From Isurus oxyrinchus (lineage: Eukaryota): DNA of 64,000 nt. Location: contig JANJGN010000007.1 in NCBI GenBank assembly GCA_026770705.1, forward strand, positions 168,144,001-168,208,000. The letters are read 5' to 3'. Shown one piece after another: positions 10,171 through 24,250 of this stretch. Every line of letters begins with the position of its first letter. Positions within the stretch are counted from its first letter, which is position 1. The notes beneath the pieces were generated by a model. That model saw only the letters and a program-made list of their open reading frames with translations, searched no databases and was not told where the DNA came from. The position numbers were made by a program, and so were the translations under genes.

Positions 10171-13100
10171 ATAATGGCCACAATCTTCAATACGCCTGCC
10201 ATTGCTATTATTCTGCAATTTGCTATGAAAGGACTGAGACCATGTTCCTGTGACACTGAGTCATATTGGCAGGATGTCTAGCTCTCCAAAATTTGAAAAA
10301 GCTGTTTTCATTAGGTTCAGCATGAATTATCCATTTTGTGTGCCAAGAAAATGCATGCCAGTACAATACCCTCCCAAGACCATCTCCTTCAACTGAAGCT
10401 GCTAACAGGTAATTTCATGACATTGCTAATTTGGTGTACCCAAAATTGTTGCCCCTTTCACCTGCATTGCAACAGTCACTGCACTATGTGAAATTCTTTG
10501 AGACATTTCTAAGAGATCTGATTAAGTGCTATATCAGTATGTCTTTTTTCATTACTGAGGCATATTAATTGAAAGCTGTTTGCATTTGTTTACCTTCAGA
10601 ACTGCTAATCAACTTAGTGTGAGGGGATCAAAGTTTATAGCCCGGCAGTCTGTGGTCCCAGTCACATCCATATATATATGAAAGTTCAGAAAATAGAGTT
10701 TGTACAACTTTCCGGCTATTATACCTTAATAATGAAAGATGATTGGAAATTGATTAATTTTGCCAGACTGTGATTATTTTCAGAGGTATTTTAGAATGAT
10801 TTTGTTTTTTTTTAAAAAAAGCCTTCTTACAGACCTAAATTGTTTTTTTTTGTGTTTTGTATCACTCCATATATTATTGAGGCAAGTTTTCTACAGAATA
10901 CGTGAATTTTGATTTCAAAAGTGATAATGTTTGAATGCATAGATCAGATGCTGGAGAAAAACTGCAACATTGAGAGATAACCATTTGAAATTAATTTGCA
11001 TTGAGGTGAATTCCAAGTTTATTTGATGTGCATCCAATCAAGTTTCAGTATGTAACTGATGTGCCAGAAAGACCCAATAGGGGACCTTTCAAGAAACTGC
11101 ATTGTTGGGTATTTTTCTTGCCCTGTGTCTGGAACCATTTCCTTCCACACAACACTGTATCTACCAGCTAGACTGAGAAGTAATCACATTTACAGGCGCA
11201 GATGGATTAAAATGACTGCTTTACATAAGGCACAAGCCACAACCAAGTATTCTGGGTGTGAAGCAGATGCTCCATCAGTTGTGTTACTTGGCAATGTATT
11301 GTCATGTTGAGATTATACTTCTCTACAAATAATCAGAAAAATGAAAGAAATTGAGTAAGTTGTTAGTTTCTGGGGTGACATGTATTGGGACACACTGAAT
11401 AATACCTTTTAAAATGCATTATCATGTAGGGTAGATGCAGTGCATCATTTTAACTGTTTCATATTCAGCACATTTACAAATATCTTGCTTGAATGAGAAT
11501 CGAGATGCTCTACTTCTCAACTTTTAGATGTGGTGGATTAATAGTGCATTTGCAGTAACCATTAAATTAGGTAGAAGAAGGAACCTTTCCTCCAAAACCA
11601 CTTATTCCAACTTGTCATAATCTCATTTGAGCTGATTGTTTTTCAGTAAATCCTCCCCTTCCACAAAAAAGGAAATGGAAGACACCAGCTGTTTAGAGAA
11701 CAAATTAGTTTCAAGTTCACCATTAGTTATTTTCATCGACTAGCTGCCGATTCCCAATTTTTTCACACACGCAACTGGTTGCATTTAATCGGGTAATAAT
11801 GGTTTCATCTGCTACTTAATCATTAGTTTGCTGAGATGTTACAGTCATCAGATTATGACAAAAACACCTTGAACTTATAACTGATGGCCACCTCAATTTA
11901 ACTTCAGATGAGACAAAAAAATCATTGTGCACTTGATTAATACATTTCTGTAAATGTGGATACTGATCAAAATTGGAGAAAATGTATATAACTGTAAATG
12001 AAATGCTTTTTGAAAGTCTTTCAGATTTTACACTTCAGTGAATATTTCTGGTTACTAATGAGGTATTTTTGTAGAACAAATGATTATTGTACCAATAGCC
12101 TACTGTTATTTTTGCATATTATGTTTCAGTTAAAAACAATACAAGACAGATTAAGTTGATAATAGGACAGTAAAACTAAGCTGTAAATGTCTGCCATAGT
12201 GGAGAAACAGTTCAACTGATGAGGAAGATTTATTGAAGGTACATGGCACTCTTTCATTACACTATAAAAACAGAAGAGCTTCTGAAGGGTTATAAATGCA
12301 AAGAAATAAAAGTAGTGCAAGAGAGCTTGTATCCCAGACCCAAGATTAACATTCCCGTCACGCACTAGCTACAATTGCGAAGTGCTGCTGACGATTTTTT
12401 TTCTTTCTGTAATGTGGAATGAAATACCAGTCTGTTTCAGGGACAACTACACAAAGATAGGATGTCACTGGCTCCAGACTTAATCTTCTGTTTAATCCTG
12501 AAAGATCAACTGCGGTGTAGTTGTAAAAGTTTCATCACATTAAACGCCCTGGAACATTGTGATTGTGTGAATACACAAATAGCACAACACAGGCATGAGG
12601 TCACCCATGTTATTGATGAGAGAGAAGGAGATCTTTCTCGTGGTATTCTTCTGCGTTTAATAGGCCCTGTATTGTTCTAGCCTGTAAAGACCTGGTTCAG
12701 TTCGTAGGAAAAGGGGAACCAAAATCAATAGTCCACTTGTTGGGGACAAATGAATTATTCTTATGTGAATGTAATGCAGCACTTCCACAGCCCAGTGAGC
12801 AGCTTTGTGAAGGAGTTGAACTGTGGAAAATCATCTTCAGCGCTCAGTAATAACACATTGTGCAAGTTAATTTTTATTTCATATAATGGGACAAGACACT
12901 GTCCTTGTGTAGGAACAATTTATAAAAAGAAATACTTCCATTGCAATGGAACATAATGCATGAGAACACCACAAGCACATTTAGGAGATGAAACAATTCA
13001 CAGTTGAAAGTTTAACCCTCAGTTACTGTATTTTGCAATAGCACCTTATTATAGTTTATGTCCCTCTGCAGATTCTTGTTGAGTGAAATGCAGAGAAGAA

Positions 13101-14769
13101 CGTGGAAAATAAAGTGTTGATTGCATTCAGTTAAATGTAAAATGCACTCTCTGCAGGAGGATCATTTTGATCCATGAGTAAAGTTTAAAATTAGGTTCTT
13201 TTACTAAACTGGTAAACTTTAAATGGCAGCTGAGTAAAATTGTTTATCTTAAACTTCACACACAGGAAAATATTACCCCCTTGATTCTTGACCAATGAAT
13301 GGCTTATGAATTCACAGTAGTGGTATCCAACTTTTTGTCTTGGTGACTTAGCTTTGCTTTGAAGCAGATTATTGAGGGCCCTCTCCAAACAGTGGCAATA
13401 CAAATATTGAAAGCAAGCAATATTTTAAGACATAAAGCTTTCAATCATTAAAAAACTAAAGCTAATAAAAACATCTATGACCATTTTTACAAAATATTTC
13501 TTAATCCTTCTCGCTGGCAGAAGCTCCTAGTAATTTATCATGACAATCTTTTGCATATATTTGTAAATCAAAATATGTGAATAAAATAGGCAGTGATTTT
13601 TTTTGTGCTGCTTTTCTAAAATAATTGTAGTCTTCCAATTTGCATTATCAGAAGAAATAGGAACACAAGTAGGCCATTTGGACAATGAGCCAGCTCTGCA
13701 TTTCAGTAAGATCATGACTGATCTGATTGTGGCCTTAAGTCCACTTTCCTGCCTATCCCCCATAACCCTTGAAAATATTAATTGTCATCTGTTGTATTTG
13801 TGTACATTTAATAGCATTTGTTAAATGTGTTTAGTGCTCTTGTTTAGCGCAATGTGCTCATTTTGCATTGGCCCATGAAATTTCAACAGTTTCCAAAGTG
13901 TAAGAAGCCACAATCACCTGCCAGTGACTCCAAGATGGCAGACGTTGTGTCATGTGGAGAAAGGAAAGGTTATAATGACTGTATCCTGTCACATGACAGT
14001 GTGGGATATTGATCTGGGAACATTGCTTCTGCTGTAATAGTGGGAAAGTGCATTACTTCTGTAGCTATTATGCAAATCCAGTGTGTGGAGTGTACATAAC
14101 TGGCACTTCTGTTTAAAAAAAATCTATTCCGTGAATCATTCCCTCAAATGACCTTTATTTAGTAAAGGCATATCTCTAAACTGGTTGAATGTATGATTGC
14201 AATCTGTATAAAGAATGCTTATTCAGCAAGGCTCATTTCTGATGTGTAGCAAGGACTACTTTATTTCAAGGTGTCCTCTATTGTTGCTTTTGAATCTTTT
14301 TTTCAAATACATTTGATTGCTTCATCTTGCATTTGAAATATTTTTTAAAGGAGATAAACAGAACTCTCCCTTTGCCCCTTTTTATTGCACTTGCTTTCGG
14401 ATATACCCTGGTTAAAACTGTTGTTGCCATATGTTCAGTATTAGAATATGCAATCTGAGGAGGAAAGTAATCAAATATTTTAGGATGAGCAGAAGAACTT
14501 TGAAAAAGAATTCTAATTGTAAATGGATCATTGCAGCTTACGTGCATAGATCCAGGACAGGAATGTTCAATAAAGTTATGATTTTCTTGTATGTGTTTTG
14601 AAAACTGAAGTTTTTAATATTGCTGTTGGTGCTGTTACCCTCTGGATAGGTTTGAATAGACTCTGAAGGAAATCATTGAGCTCTTGTTTTTTTTCTTAGT
14701 AAAAAACTTTGTGAGGATAAATTGCTTTCCTTACATCTCATTCAGTGAATATTTTTTATTCCAATACTA

Positions 14770-15190
14770 CAACAGTAACTTATTCCTATAGAGTCTTTAA
14801 CGTAATAGAACAATCTGAGGCTCTTCTTGGGAAAGGTATAATTAGTATAAAGGTATAAAAAGTAAAATTAGATACCAAGCCACATAAGGTGATGTCAGGA
14901 CAGATGGTCAAAAGCTTGGTCAAGGAGGTATGTTTTAAAAGGAAGATAGAGAGTTAGGTAGTGGATAGGCTTAAGGGTGGAATTTCAGAGCTAAGGGATT
15001 TAGTAGCTAAAGGCATGATCACTGAAGATGGAGCAGTTAAAATTGGGGATGCTCAAGAGGCCAGAATTAGAGGAGCACAACATTTCAGGGGGTTGTAGGA
15101 CAGGAGAAGATTTCAGAGCTAGAGAGGGATGAGGCCATGGCCGGACTTGAAAACAAGTATGAGAGTTTTGAAATCAAGGCATTGCTTTGA
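14770..15190 (-). mobile_element. L2-clade LINE 3' end
   Basis: Collinear with 59698-60217 (GGACAGATGGTCAAAAGCTTGGTCAAGGAGGTA..GGAATTTCAGAGCT..GGGATGCTCAAGAGGCCAGAATTAGAGGAGC). Confidence 0.8.
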
Positions 15191-16283
15191 CACTTAGAAA
15201 TGCAGGTCCCTTTAAGAGTAAACCAGGACAAGCTTCAGAGTGCATTGAGAGCAGGTGATGCTCATTGAAACCTGTGCTTAACAGCTAGGTTTTTCCCTCA
15301 AAAGGGGTTTCTTTTTTTGCTTCTGGACAGGAAAATGATCTAGAAGGGAAGAGTGGAAACTGGTATTTGTACTGAACTATAGTTTAATAATAAAACAGTT
15401 GTGATTTGCAGAATGTCTCCTGCTGCCTAATTTGGTAAATGGATATGCACCTCTTAAACATACTTGACCGAGAGCCAATATAGGTCAGGGTTGATAGGTA
15501 AACAGGACTTGGTGTGATCACAGTAATACCAAACAGTTTTTGTGATGCTAGATGATGGTTGAGTGGTAAAGGATTATTAATAACCATTTCTGCAGTTTTT
15601 ATATTTTTAGCTGTGCAGTGCACCCTCGTAGAATTGACCCATCAATAGGCGTATCGTAGGTAAAGATAAACATGGGCTTTCTAACTCATTCAGAGCACTA
15701 GATTACCAATATTTTAGGATTGATTTATTTGTAAAATACATTAAAAAAAACATTTTTTTAAATGTGTTTTCAAGATTTAAAACAGTGCAGTGACTTAAGT
15801 TATGAGTTTTAATTGCATTTCTGGGGGTTTTAAAATGGTAAAACCATTGCAAAGTGATTTAAGTGCCCATCATGGAATAACTAAAGTTATGTTGTACTCT
15901 GAATTACAATCAGTGTTTCAGAGTTTTTGATGCAAAAATTACCAGCCACACCAAAGCCTTGAAGTGTGAGATGCCTGCAGGAAGCCAACTCAGTATGCAG
16001 TATAACTTCAGCTGAAGAAACTTGTTCAGTTAAAGGTTGAAACTATTGCTGAGCCCTTTCTGCCTTTCTGATGGCACAGACACGATTGATCTTGTTAAAT
16101 GTCAATCTTTATGCCTAAGGCTTTATCTGGGGGCAGATATTTTGTGCAGAATATCTCAAGATATGGCATCATGGGGTTCTATTCCAGTGACAAGATGCCT
16201 TAGGGCATTGGCACTACTTTCCATTTAGAACCTTTATGCAGTAGTACTTTGCAATGTCACCTTTGATGAGCTGTGCACACAAT

Positions 16284-16965
16284 GGGCTGCGTATTCTGGA
16301 AGCAAAGTCAGCATGGAGCCAACTCACTCTGCGCCAGCTCACCCTGCAGCCAAAACGCGCTTCACGCGGGCTAAATTGCCTGACAGTGGGACTCCTCCTC
16401 CCTCACTGAGGAAGAAGTCTTGCCCTTGGTAGCTGCTGGCCAATCCGATTGGCTGGTAGCTCCAGCAGTCCTGGCAGTGCCAAGGCACCATGGATCCTGC
16501 AGTAAGGTAAATCGGGGGTATTCGGTGGGCACAGTTTGGCCAGTTTAGGGAAGGGGGTCAGGGGGCTAGGGTGGTGTGTTTTGGAGAGTAGGCAGATCAG
16601 AAGAAAGGGGGGGCTATTATCTTAGGCTGCTTCCCAATGTGCGAAGTGCATCTTCCCCAGAAGAGAGTAGTCCCTTCCTTCCCACCTTTTTAAAACTTTT
16701 CTAATAAAAAGGGCCTGCCCACTCCCATCTGACTACCCATGTCAACCATATCGTGGCATGGCAAAATATTATCGGGTCAATTGGCTTGTTAACAAGCTCA
16801 GTTGATCCTTGATTATTTATTTAAGTATGGTGTATGGGCTGCCAATTTTACCGCTTGCCCACCTACCGTTTTATGGTGGTGAGCTCGGGGGTGGGCAGGA
16901 AGGGTTCTTCCCCCTCCCCTGCCCAGCTGAAAACATGCCTGGCGGGGGCATGTAAAATCCAGCCC
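16284..16965. mobile_element. Harbinger-type MITE (about 682 bp)
   Basis: Ends are GGGCTG... and ...AAAATCCAGCCC, with the 3-bp TSD AAT on both sides. The internal AGCTGCTGGCCAATC module is shared with the other MITEs. Confidence 0.8.
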
Positions 16966-19092
16966 AATGTGTCAGCATTAGTTATTTCTAACTGGTTGCT
17001 ACAAATCGTAAAATAGGGATAGCTGACAGACACTAAGCTCCTTATAATTTTTGAGAGTTATGAGGCATTTCAGTGGAATATACTTACCTTTGAAGAATTG
17101 GATTGAAAACTTACTCCTGAATAATGGTAAATTTAATCTTTGTGCTGCTCTGTTTTTAAAAAATTTCTGACATGGCTAAAATCTTCTTCAGGTTTATTCC
17201 TCTTGCCATGGGTTGGATGCAATGTTGCACCAGTTGTTCTACTGTAGGCAACAGCCCTTTTGCGACTAGGTTTCATTATTAACTCTGGGATGATACTCAA
17301 CAAGATACCAATCTTGTCTGAGGTCCACAAGTCTGCTTCGTCGGGAGAGTGTCCTGGATGTGCCACCCATCTTGCTGGTACCTACCTCTAAAGCCATTGT
17401 CCTCTTGCTTGGATCACCTGCCTGTTCCATTGTTCCAGGCTTCATGCATTTAGAGGGGCGACGTTCTTACTACATGAAACAAAGCTAATGATACTCTCAC
17501 TTAGTTCAGCTCCTTAGCCAAGGCAAGGTACCAGGGTATGCTCACTGGTATGCATTACCAGTTGTTCGGATACATAAGTGAGAACCAAGGACACTGTGGG
17601 ACAACGATTAGTCTTACACACATTCAGAACTGGAGTGTCGGGCTGGCAGTGACTCAGAGGTACACATCCTGTCACAGAAATCCCATCCCCCACCAATATA
17701 CTGTGTAGTTAAAATAAATAAGTTTAAATGTTGAAGTAACAGTGGGAGAAACAGTGGCACATTGGTGTCTATATTGAATATGGAAACTTGAGCTAAAATA
17801 TTGAAAAAATAAAGCAGGAAATTTGAAAAATAAAACAAGAAAGAAGATGTAGAAATGTTTATGTTGAAGAATGGGAAGGCGAGGCAAAAGTTCTTTAATA
17901 TCAGGCAAGGGATTGGGAAAACAAAAATAAACAAGAATGAGATTAATGAGGAAGAATGGAGTAAAAACAGAGAGGAAACGAATTAAGGGAAGTGTTTTTT
18001 AATTTTATTAATTACAGAGAATGAAAAATTGAGTAATTGGAACTTGGGGAGACTGACCTCATTATGCACTAGTTCTGCTTCAGCTTCTGAAAGATTATAC
18101 TCCGAAAAACACTTAGATTCTTAGTGTAATGCACTATCTATAACAGGGTAATATCTGCCACTTTTTGGTGCAATTGTGCAAGACTGAAAGGGAGCCACAT
18201 ATGACTACAACAGGATTAATAACGCTGAACTTTCTGATTCTTCACCACCTAGGATAAAGAGGATAATTTGACAGCGCGCATTTAGCATAATGGTTATGGA
18301 CTCCAAGTTACTTTTATTAGCAAAACTTTAGAATTGGTGGATTTCAACTCCCTCCCTCACCCAATATACCAGATGCCACCAAATCATGGCTGCTGTAGGA
18401 TAACACATAAAGTTTATTTTCTTCCAAATAAGTTTTAATGAAAATTGCTTCGTTTCAAAGCTGTTGGACATCACAAATAAAATGTGGTGGTATATTCATT
18501 AACAAAACAAAGTTTGTGGAATTTATTTAAATTCTATTTTTTACATTGCTGTGCTGCTTCCAATCTACTGTCTCAGTTGCAAGCACAGCACAGTAAATGT
18601 GCTATGTTCACCTCTTCTGGAAGTAATGTATTTGTGCAAAGGATTGAATTTGTGACTATTAACAGTGGTCATTGATAGCAAGTGGCCATAAGTCTAGGAT
18701 TAGTACCAGAAACACAAAATAAGAGTTTAAGAGGATATTTTTCATGGTGCCAATTATTAAAATTTGACAAAAACTGTTATTGAAACATTACTATTGAAGT
18801 CAGTCAAATCACAACATTTAAGAGGACTAGCTGAAAACTTGAAAACAAAATGGGTATGGATTGAGATTGGACAGATTTGGTGTGAAGCTACACAGTGGCA
18901 TGGGCGTATGGATCAAAATGTCCTGCTTTTTAAATGTCTGCTATTGTTGTCTTTTGATACAATAAAGCAAGCCTTTAACCCTATCCACCCGTCAACAGGT
19001 ATTGTACACAATGATCAAAATTTATAATTTACTCTATTTATTAAAAGCACATACAGAGCATTGGCTGCCTCTGTTCCAACATGATATTCTTA

Positions 19093-19195
19093 ATAATAAA
19101 ACAGCAAATATTGGAAATACTCAGGCCTGACAGCATCTGTGGAGAGGGAAACAGAGCTAATGCTCCAGGCTGTTGACCATTCGGATGACTGGCAC
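19093..19195 (-). mobile_element. Penelope-like pLTR fragment
   Basis: AAAACAGCAAATATTGGAAATACTCAGG..ACAGCATCTGTGGAGAGGGAAACAGAG; same repeat as 7472, 48150 and 56982. Confidence 0.7.
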
Positions 19196-19269
19196 TCAAA
19201 TCCAGTCAGTCACATTAGTGAACAACAACTTAGCTATGAACTGATGCTGTTTCTAGTAGATTGATAGAT

Positions 19270-19815
19270 TTACTGCATTTAAAGAGGCCAATCAGCCCAT
19301 TGTGTCCTTGCTGGCTGAATAAGAGCTATCCAGTCTAATCCCACCTTCCAGCTCTTCGTCCGTAGCTCTGTAGGTTATGACACCTCAAGTGCAAATTGAA
19401 GTGGTTTTTTTAATGCAATAAGGTTTTCTCCCTTCTCTACCCTTTCAGGAAGTAAGTCCCAGAACCCTTCCGGACTCTATGTGAAAAAAATTACTCCTCA
19501 ACTCCCCTCCAATCCTCCTACCAATTATTTTTAGTCCCAGCCCCATGACCTCACTACTAATGGAAATAGGTCTATCCTATCCACTCTGCCTAGGTCTCAT
19601 AATTTTGCTCCCTCTGTTCCAAACAAAACAACCCCAGCCTATCCAATCTTTCTTCATAGCCAAATTCTTAATTCCTGGCAACATTCTTGTAAATCTTCTC
19701 TGTACCCTTTCTAGTATGATCACATCCTTCCTTCAACACAGTGACCGGAACTGTATGCAATAGTCTGCCTGCAGCCTAGCTATTGTTTGATACAATAAGC
19801 ATAACCTCCCTGCTA
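19270..19815 (-). mobile_element. CR1 LINE 3' end
   Basis: Reverse CR1 tail (GAGGCCAATCAGCCCATTGTGTCC..GCTATCCAGTCTAATCCCACCTTCCAG) and ORF2 end (CCTGGCAACATTCTTGTAAATCTTCTCTGTACCCTTTCTAGT..GACCGGAACTGTATGCAATAGTC). Confidence 0.8.
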
Positions 19816-21879
19816 TAGGCCTCTCGATAAGCTGTCAGCACTCAGTTTTGTTTTCTGTTTTGCATCCTTCTCTTCCAAAGGTGACAGCTGCCCCTTATTA
19901 TCTGAGTAAAATGGTCATTCTTCACACATAAGCCTAGTTAGTAAGAATATTCAGTTTTTGGGATTGGGGAGGAGCATTAAAGCAAAGCTGGTTCACACCA
20001 GTGGTAACCTTATAGTGATCAGGAGCAACAACCCTGTCTGACCTTTTTATTTCATCCGCTCCTTTACGTATGGTCACTAAGCCAGTAGCAGCATCCTCAC
20101 TGCTGCCCAGCTGAGATGAGCTCACAGCTGAAATCAATAAATTTAAAGAGAAAGACTTGTATTTATTTACGTATCTTCTGGGACCTCAAGACTAACAAGT
20201 TGCTTAACAGCCAATGAAATCAGAGAACTCCAAAAGTTAAATTGTAACACTAATGGTTAATATCTCTTAAAGTAGAGTAATGAATGCTATATGTTAGTTA
20301 TGATTATATGTCATGTTTAATTTGTATATTTTGTACAGGGCTACCTGGTGTAAAGGAAATTTTTTTTTAGAAAATGCTGAAGTGCATGGATCTAGTGCTG
20401 AAATGACAGCTACAGCATATGTGATACTTTGGATATTTGCATATGTGAAGCTTGGAACTTAGTTTAGTAAGGTTATAGGCAGTGATATAAACTCAGTATA
20501 GGTAAAATCAAGATTGCTCCATCAATATAGAGAGCAACTTAATGTAATTTTCAGCTTCAGTGCAGACCTATGCATGCACCATGTGCAAATAATCGAATGA
20601 GGCTTCCCTCTGCAATTTAACGGCAAAGTCTTTATGTTCCATCCTGCACTGGGAAAACAGCTGCCAATACAATGGCCCATTCACCCACTTCCCTCTCTTG
20701 TACTTCGAAGTTTACCAATTTTTAAAAAAAAATTTAAGCTAGCCCTTGGGGCAGCAGTCTTTTTGATTCATTCTTACTTATCCTTGTTCATGAAATATTA
20801 AAGCCACCTGCACTATGATCACTTCTTGGTCTAGATAAACTTAACCAACCCCAGTTTATTTTAAAAGAAAAAAAATGAATTGAAGAGGAATTTAGCATTC
20901 TGCCCTCATTGTCCAATTTGAATCATGGCATTTGGTGACAGTCTCTGAAGTGGTATTAAAGGTACTGGCAGGTTATGCCAGGGTTACTCAGTGAGTACTG
21001 GCAAAGGGTGCAAATTAGCAGGTGAACTTTGAGAGAAGAATAATGGGAAGAGAAGGAGGAGAAGAAAGGAGAAAAAGCTAAAAGGGACTTGAGCTGCTAT
21101 ATTCAAATGGGAATAATTACAGTGTTTCAGAGCCTTCTTTGTGTGATGACAAGTTTCACAATTTGCAATGAAAAATTTATTGAGTGCTTAAATTCTTAAA
21201 AGCAACTATTTTACATGTAGAACATGATCTATTAAGAACTGCTTTTCTTTGGTTTCAAAGTGGATTGATGTAGGTTACTAGGTACAGCATGTTTGCACTA
21301 GACGGACTTTAGTGTTGTATCACCTTTAGAGACTTGTCTCTTATTACGCCAAAGCTGTAGAACATTTAAATCCATCTCTCACAGGACAATAACTTTAAAA
21401 GCTTATGCATTTTCCTATTTTTGGCTGTTTCCATATAAACAGAATAATGTAATGGTCTACTAATTTGTCTCTACCTGGCAGATTTTCAAACTATCAGTCA
21501 TCTCTAGCAGAGGGATGCCAAAAAAATCCTGTGCCTTTATTTTGCAGAGTCTTGTCTTTCAGGTTTATGAGGCTGTATTAATGTTACTTGACTATCATTT
21601 CCAATAACATCTCCTGTGTTTAGATGGCTTCATACAAAGCTGGAATTCTTATTCAGCAATTGGTTCACTCATCGTCTAAGGGGTGTCCACTGATGAGCAA
21701 CCCTCTGAAACAAGAGAAATAAATTCCTGTTTTCTTCAAATCCTAACTCAAAATTTCCAAACTTGTTTCATCGTGTTGTTCATTTTTAAACCTGCTTATA
21801 ATTTAAAGCTATAAAATAATTGAATTCAGCAGAAAGTGGCAATGCACGCTAATGGTAAAATGGGTCAACTGGTCCTAAA

Positions 21880-22230
21880 TATAAAGTAGCACGAGTGTGG
21901 ATTCAGGGCCCAAAACCTGAGCACACATTGTAGACTGATGCTTGAGTGTAGTGCTGAGTAACTGCTATATTGTCGGAGATGTTATCTTTCAGATGAGGTG
22001 TTAAACTAAGCAATTGTGCTCCCTGTTCAGGTGGATTTAAAAGGTCCCATGGCAACCAGCCAACACCACAGACTATATTACCTATTCAGTTATCTTGTAT
22101 GCTGTTTGTGGGACCTCACTGTGTGCAAATTTCTGCCACATTGCAAAACAGCAGTAGCTACTCTTTAAAAGTAATTCATTGGCAGTATAGTGGCTTGGCA
22201 TGTCCTGAGTACTCTATATAAATACAACCC
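21880..22230 (+). mobile_element. Deu-domain SINE (SacSINE1-like), near full length
   Basis: TTGTCGGAGATGTTATCTTTCAGATGAGGTGTTAAAC..CAGGTGGATTTAAAAGGTCCCATGGCA..GCTGTTTGTGGGA..AAGTAATTCATTGG..CTATATAAATACAA. Confidence 0.8.
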
Positions 22231-22299
22231 TTCTGCTTCAATTGACAGGGTTTTTTCACAGTCTACATTGGATCGTGCTGGTAGGGAGAAGATGTTGTT

Positions 22300-24250
22300 G
22301 GACTTGCCATCCATTTAATTATCTGCTTGCCTGGTATTAAAGAAGATGATTTGCTTATGATCATTTTTGCAATAGAAATGAACAACATTTACTTTGCAAT
22401 TATTTGTTCCATTGGCCAATTGGTTTGTTTATAACTAATGATGATTTCACCAATTACAGAAAAGTGATGTTACTATCCTTTTGACAGTTTCCTTTGTTTT
22501 TACTTACTGACTACAGATTTAAAATAGATCATGTAGTAGATTCTCTGACACTTGATCACAGAGTCACTGGCAATCGACCGTATTAAGTTGCTCCTTTTTC
22601 CGCATTTAGATTACCTGATACTGCACCTGACTTTTCTGAATGACAATGTTAATTGTCATTGACTGTAATAGAATATGAACATTATAGGCACTTGACACCG
22701 TTTTAATGGTTTTGACTTTTCGTTCCTGCAGTAGGAATCATTATATGTGTGTGAAAAGCAGTTGCCTGAGCTGGAGGCACAGTATCATTATACTCTTACT
22801 TGATGCTATTAACTTTACATAAAATGTTAGCATTAACATGATTTTAACATGGCAATAATGACGTCTGCATTGTGTTGAAAAGTAAGCGAATATTTGGTGT
22901 AACATTTTGAAACCCCATGAGGGATATAATTGTATATCACTGATGTTGTGAGTGCTGTTTTTGTTGCTCACTCCTATGAGGGCTACAATGGCATTTCAGC
23001 ACCAAGCACTAAGTAAAGGAATACTTACGTTCATTGGAAAGAGATTCTGAGTACACTGAACTGGCACCATTTCTTTTTGTTACGGTGCATCTCCCCACTG
23101 ATACTGATTAACATTCAGCTCAAGATATTTTTTTTGCTGGCAAAACTGCGTGCAGAAAACAGATACTTATTTTAAAAACGAGAAAAAATTGTGAAGTATT
23201 CAAAGGAATATTGAGTTAAAATTTAAGATGAGCCTTTAACAGGAATGTTTTGTTTTTACAGGTTAACTTAGAGATTGTAAATTGTTTAAACTGGAGTATA
23301 TTGGTATTTATGTACTGCTGAAAGCTAATCTTGTAAAACATTCCAGTGTTAACAGTTGTATGAGCTAGGAAGATGGTGAGCAGTGGTTTAGAAGAAACTA
23401 GAAAAGGAGCAGATGCATTTTTAATGTTTAAAATGCACTTAGCAAAAAAAAAATATCTATGCACTGTTAAAAACCTAATTGTTGGGAAATAATGTTAGAC
23501 TCCCTGTTAATTTGAGCATTCGATTGAATTTTGAAGCTGTTTGCTGGCTGTTACTGAAAAAGAAATTAATTTCAATGACCAAGCTGAATGAAGTGAGGTT
23601 TTGTCAGGTAATTAGTCATCAGCCTTTAGCTGCTCAGGGTCTATCACTCCACTAATCCATACATAAACCCCAGCCTTTCGCAGTCAGATATAATCTGAGA
23701 AGCATTTTAAACACTCATTTTTTTTTCTCTCTTACAAACCTGCCGAAGCCCTACAGATGAAAAGTACATTAATTTATGTCCAGGTTTCCTGGGCTGGTTG
23801 TCGAAGGTAGAATTAATGAAACTGATTTACATTTTCCTCCTTTGTTTGATGAAATCTGCTGTTGATTAAGTGTAGGCGAGCGGGAAAAAAGTGTAACCAT
23901 TGCTTCATCTCTCACTCTCTTTCTGCCGTTATTTATTTGTTGTTCTTGTTTATTGTAGACCTCTAGGTATTTGGTACTGTCTCAAGTCTAACTGCCTGCT
24001 ACTGAAGCCTGTGAAAGATGCTGAAACCTAAGACACATCACGGATGCAATTACATTTCCTTACGTCATTTGTTTCTCCTGCAGACTTCTTTTTAACTTTA
24101 TGAAGGAAATTATGGTTCATTAATTAATTTTAAAAATGAGATAATTTGACTGATTTTTTTAAAAATTCTGGCAAAAATGACACACCCACATTTCCAAAAT
24201 TGTGTTATTAACCAGTGCATTCTTTTATAGGCTTCCCTTGGGAGTCATAG
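22300..24250. promoter_or_regulatory. Putative conserved non-coding/enhancer block
   Basis: Long stretch with no recognisable repeats, dense TAAT/ATTA and TGACA/TGTCA motifs, and retained CpGs. Conservation itself cannot be seen from one sequence. Confidence 0.4.

Noticed and set aside
9582-10253. Overlapping ORFs up to 167 aa
   Set aside because: They lie in a GC-rich MITE, where stops are rare. No protein motif.
17700-18000. Minus-strand hydrophobic ORFs suggesting a membrane protein
   Set aside because: An artefact of low-complexity A/G-rich sequence.
21680-21720. CTGATGA...GAAA hammerhead-like words
   Set aside because: No pairing stems I-III and no Penelope context.
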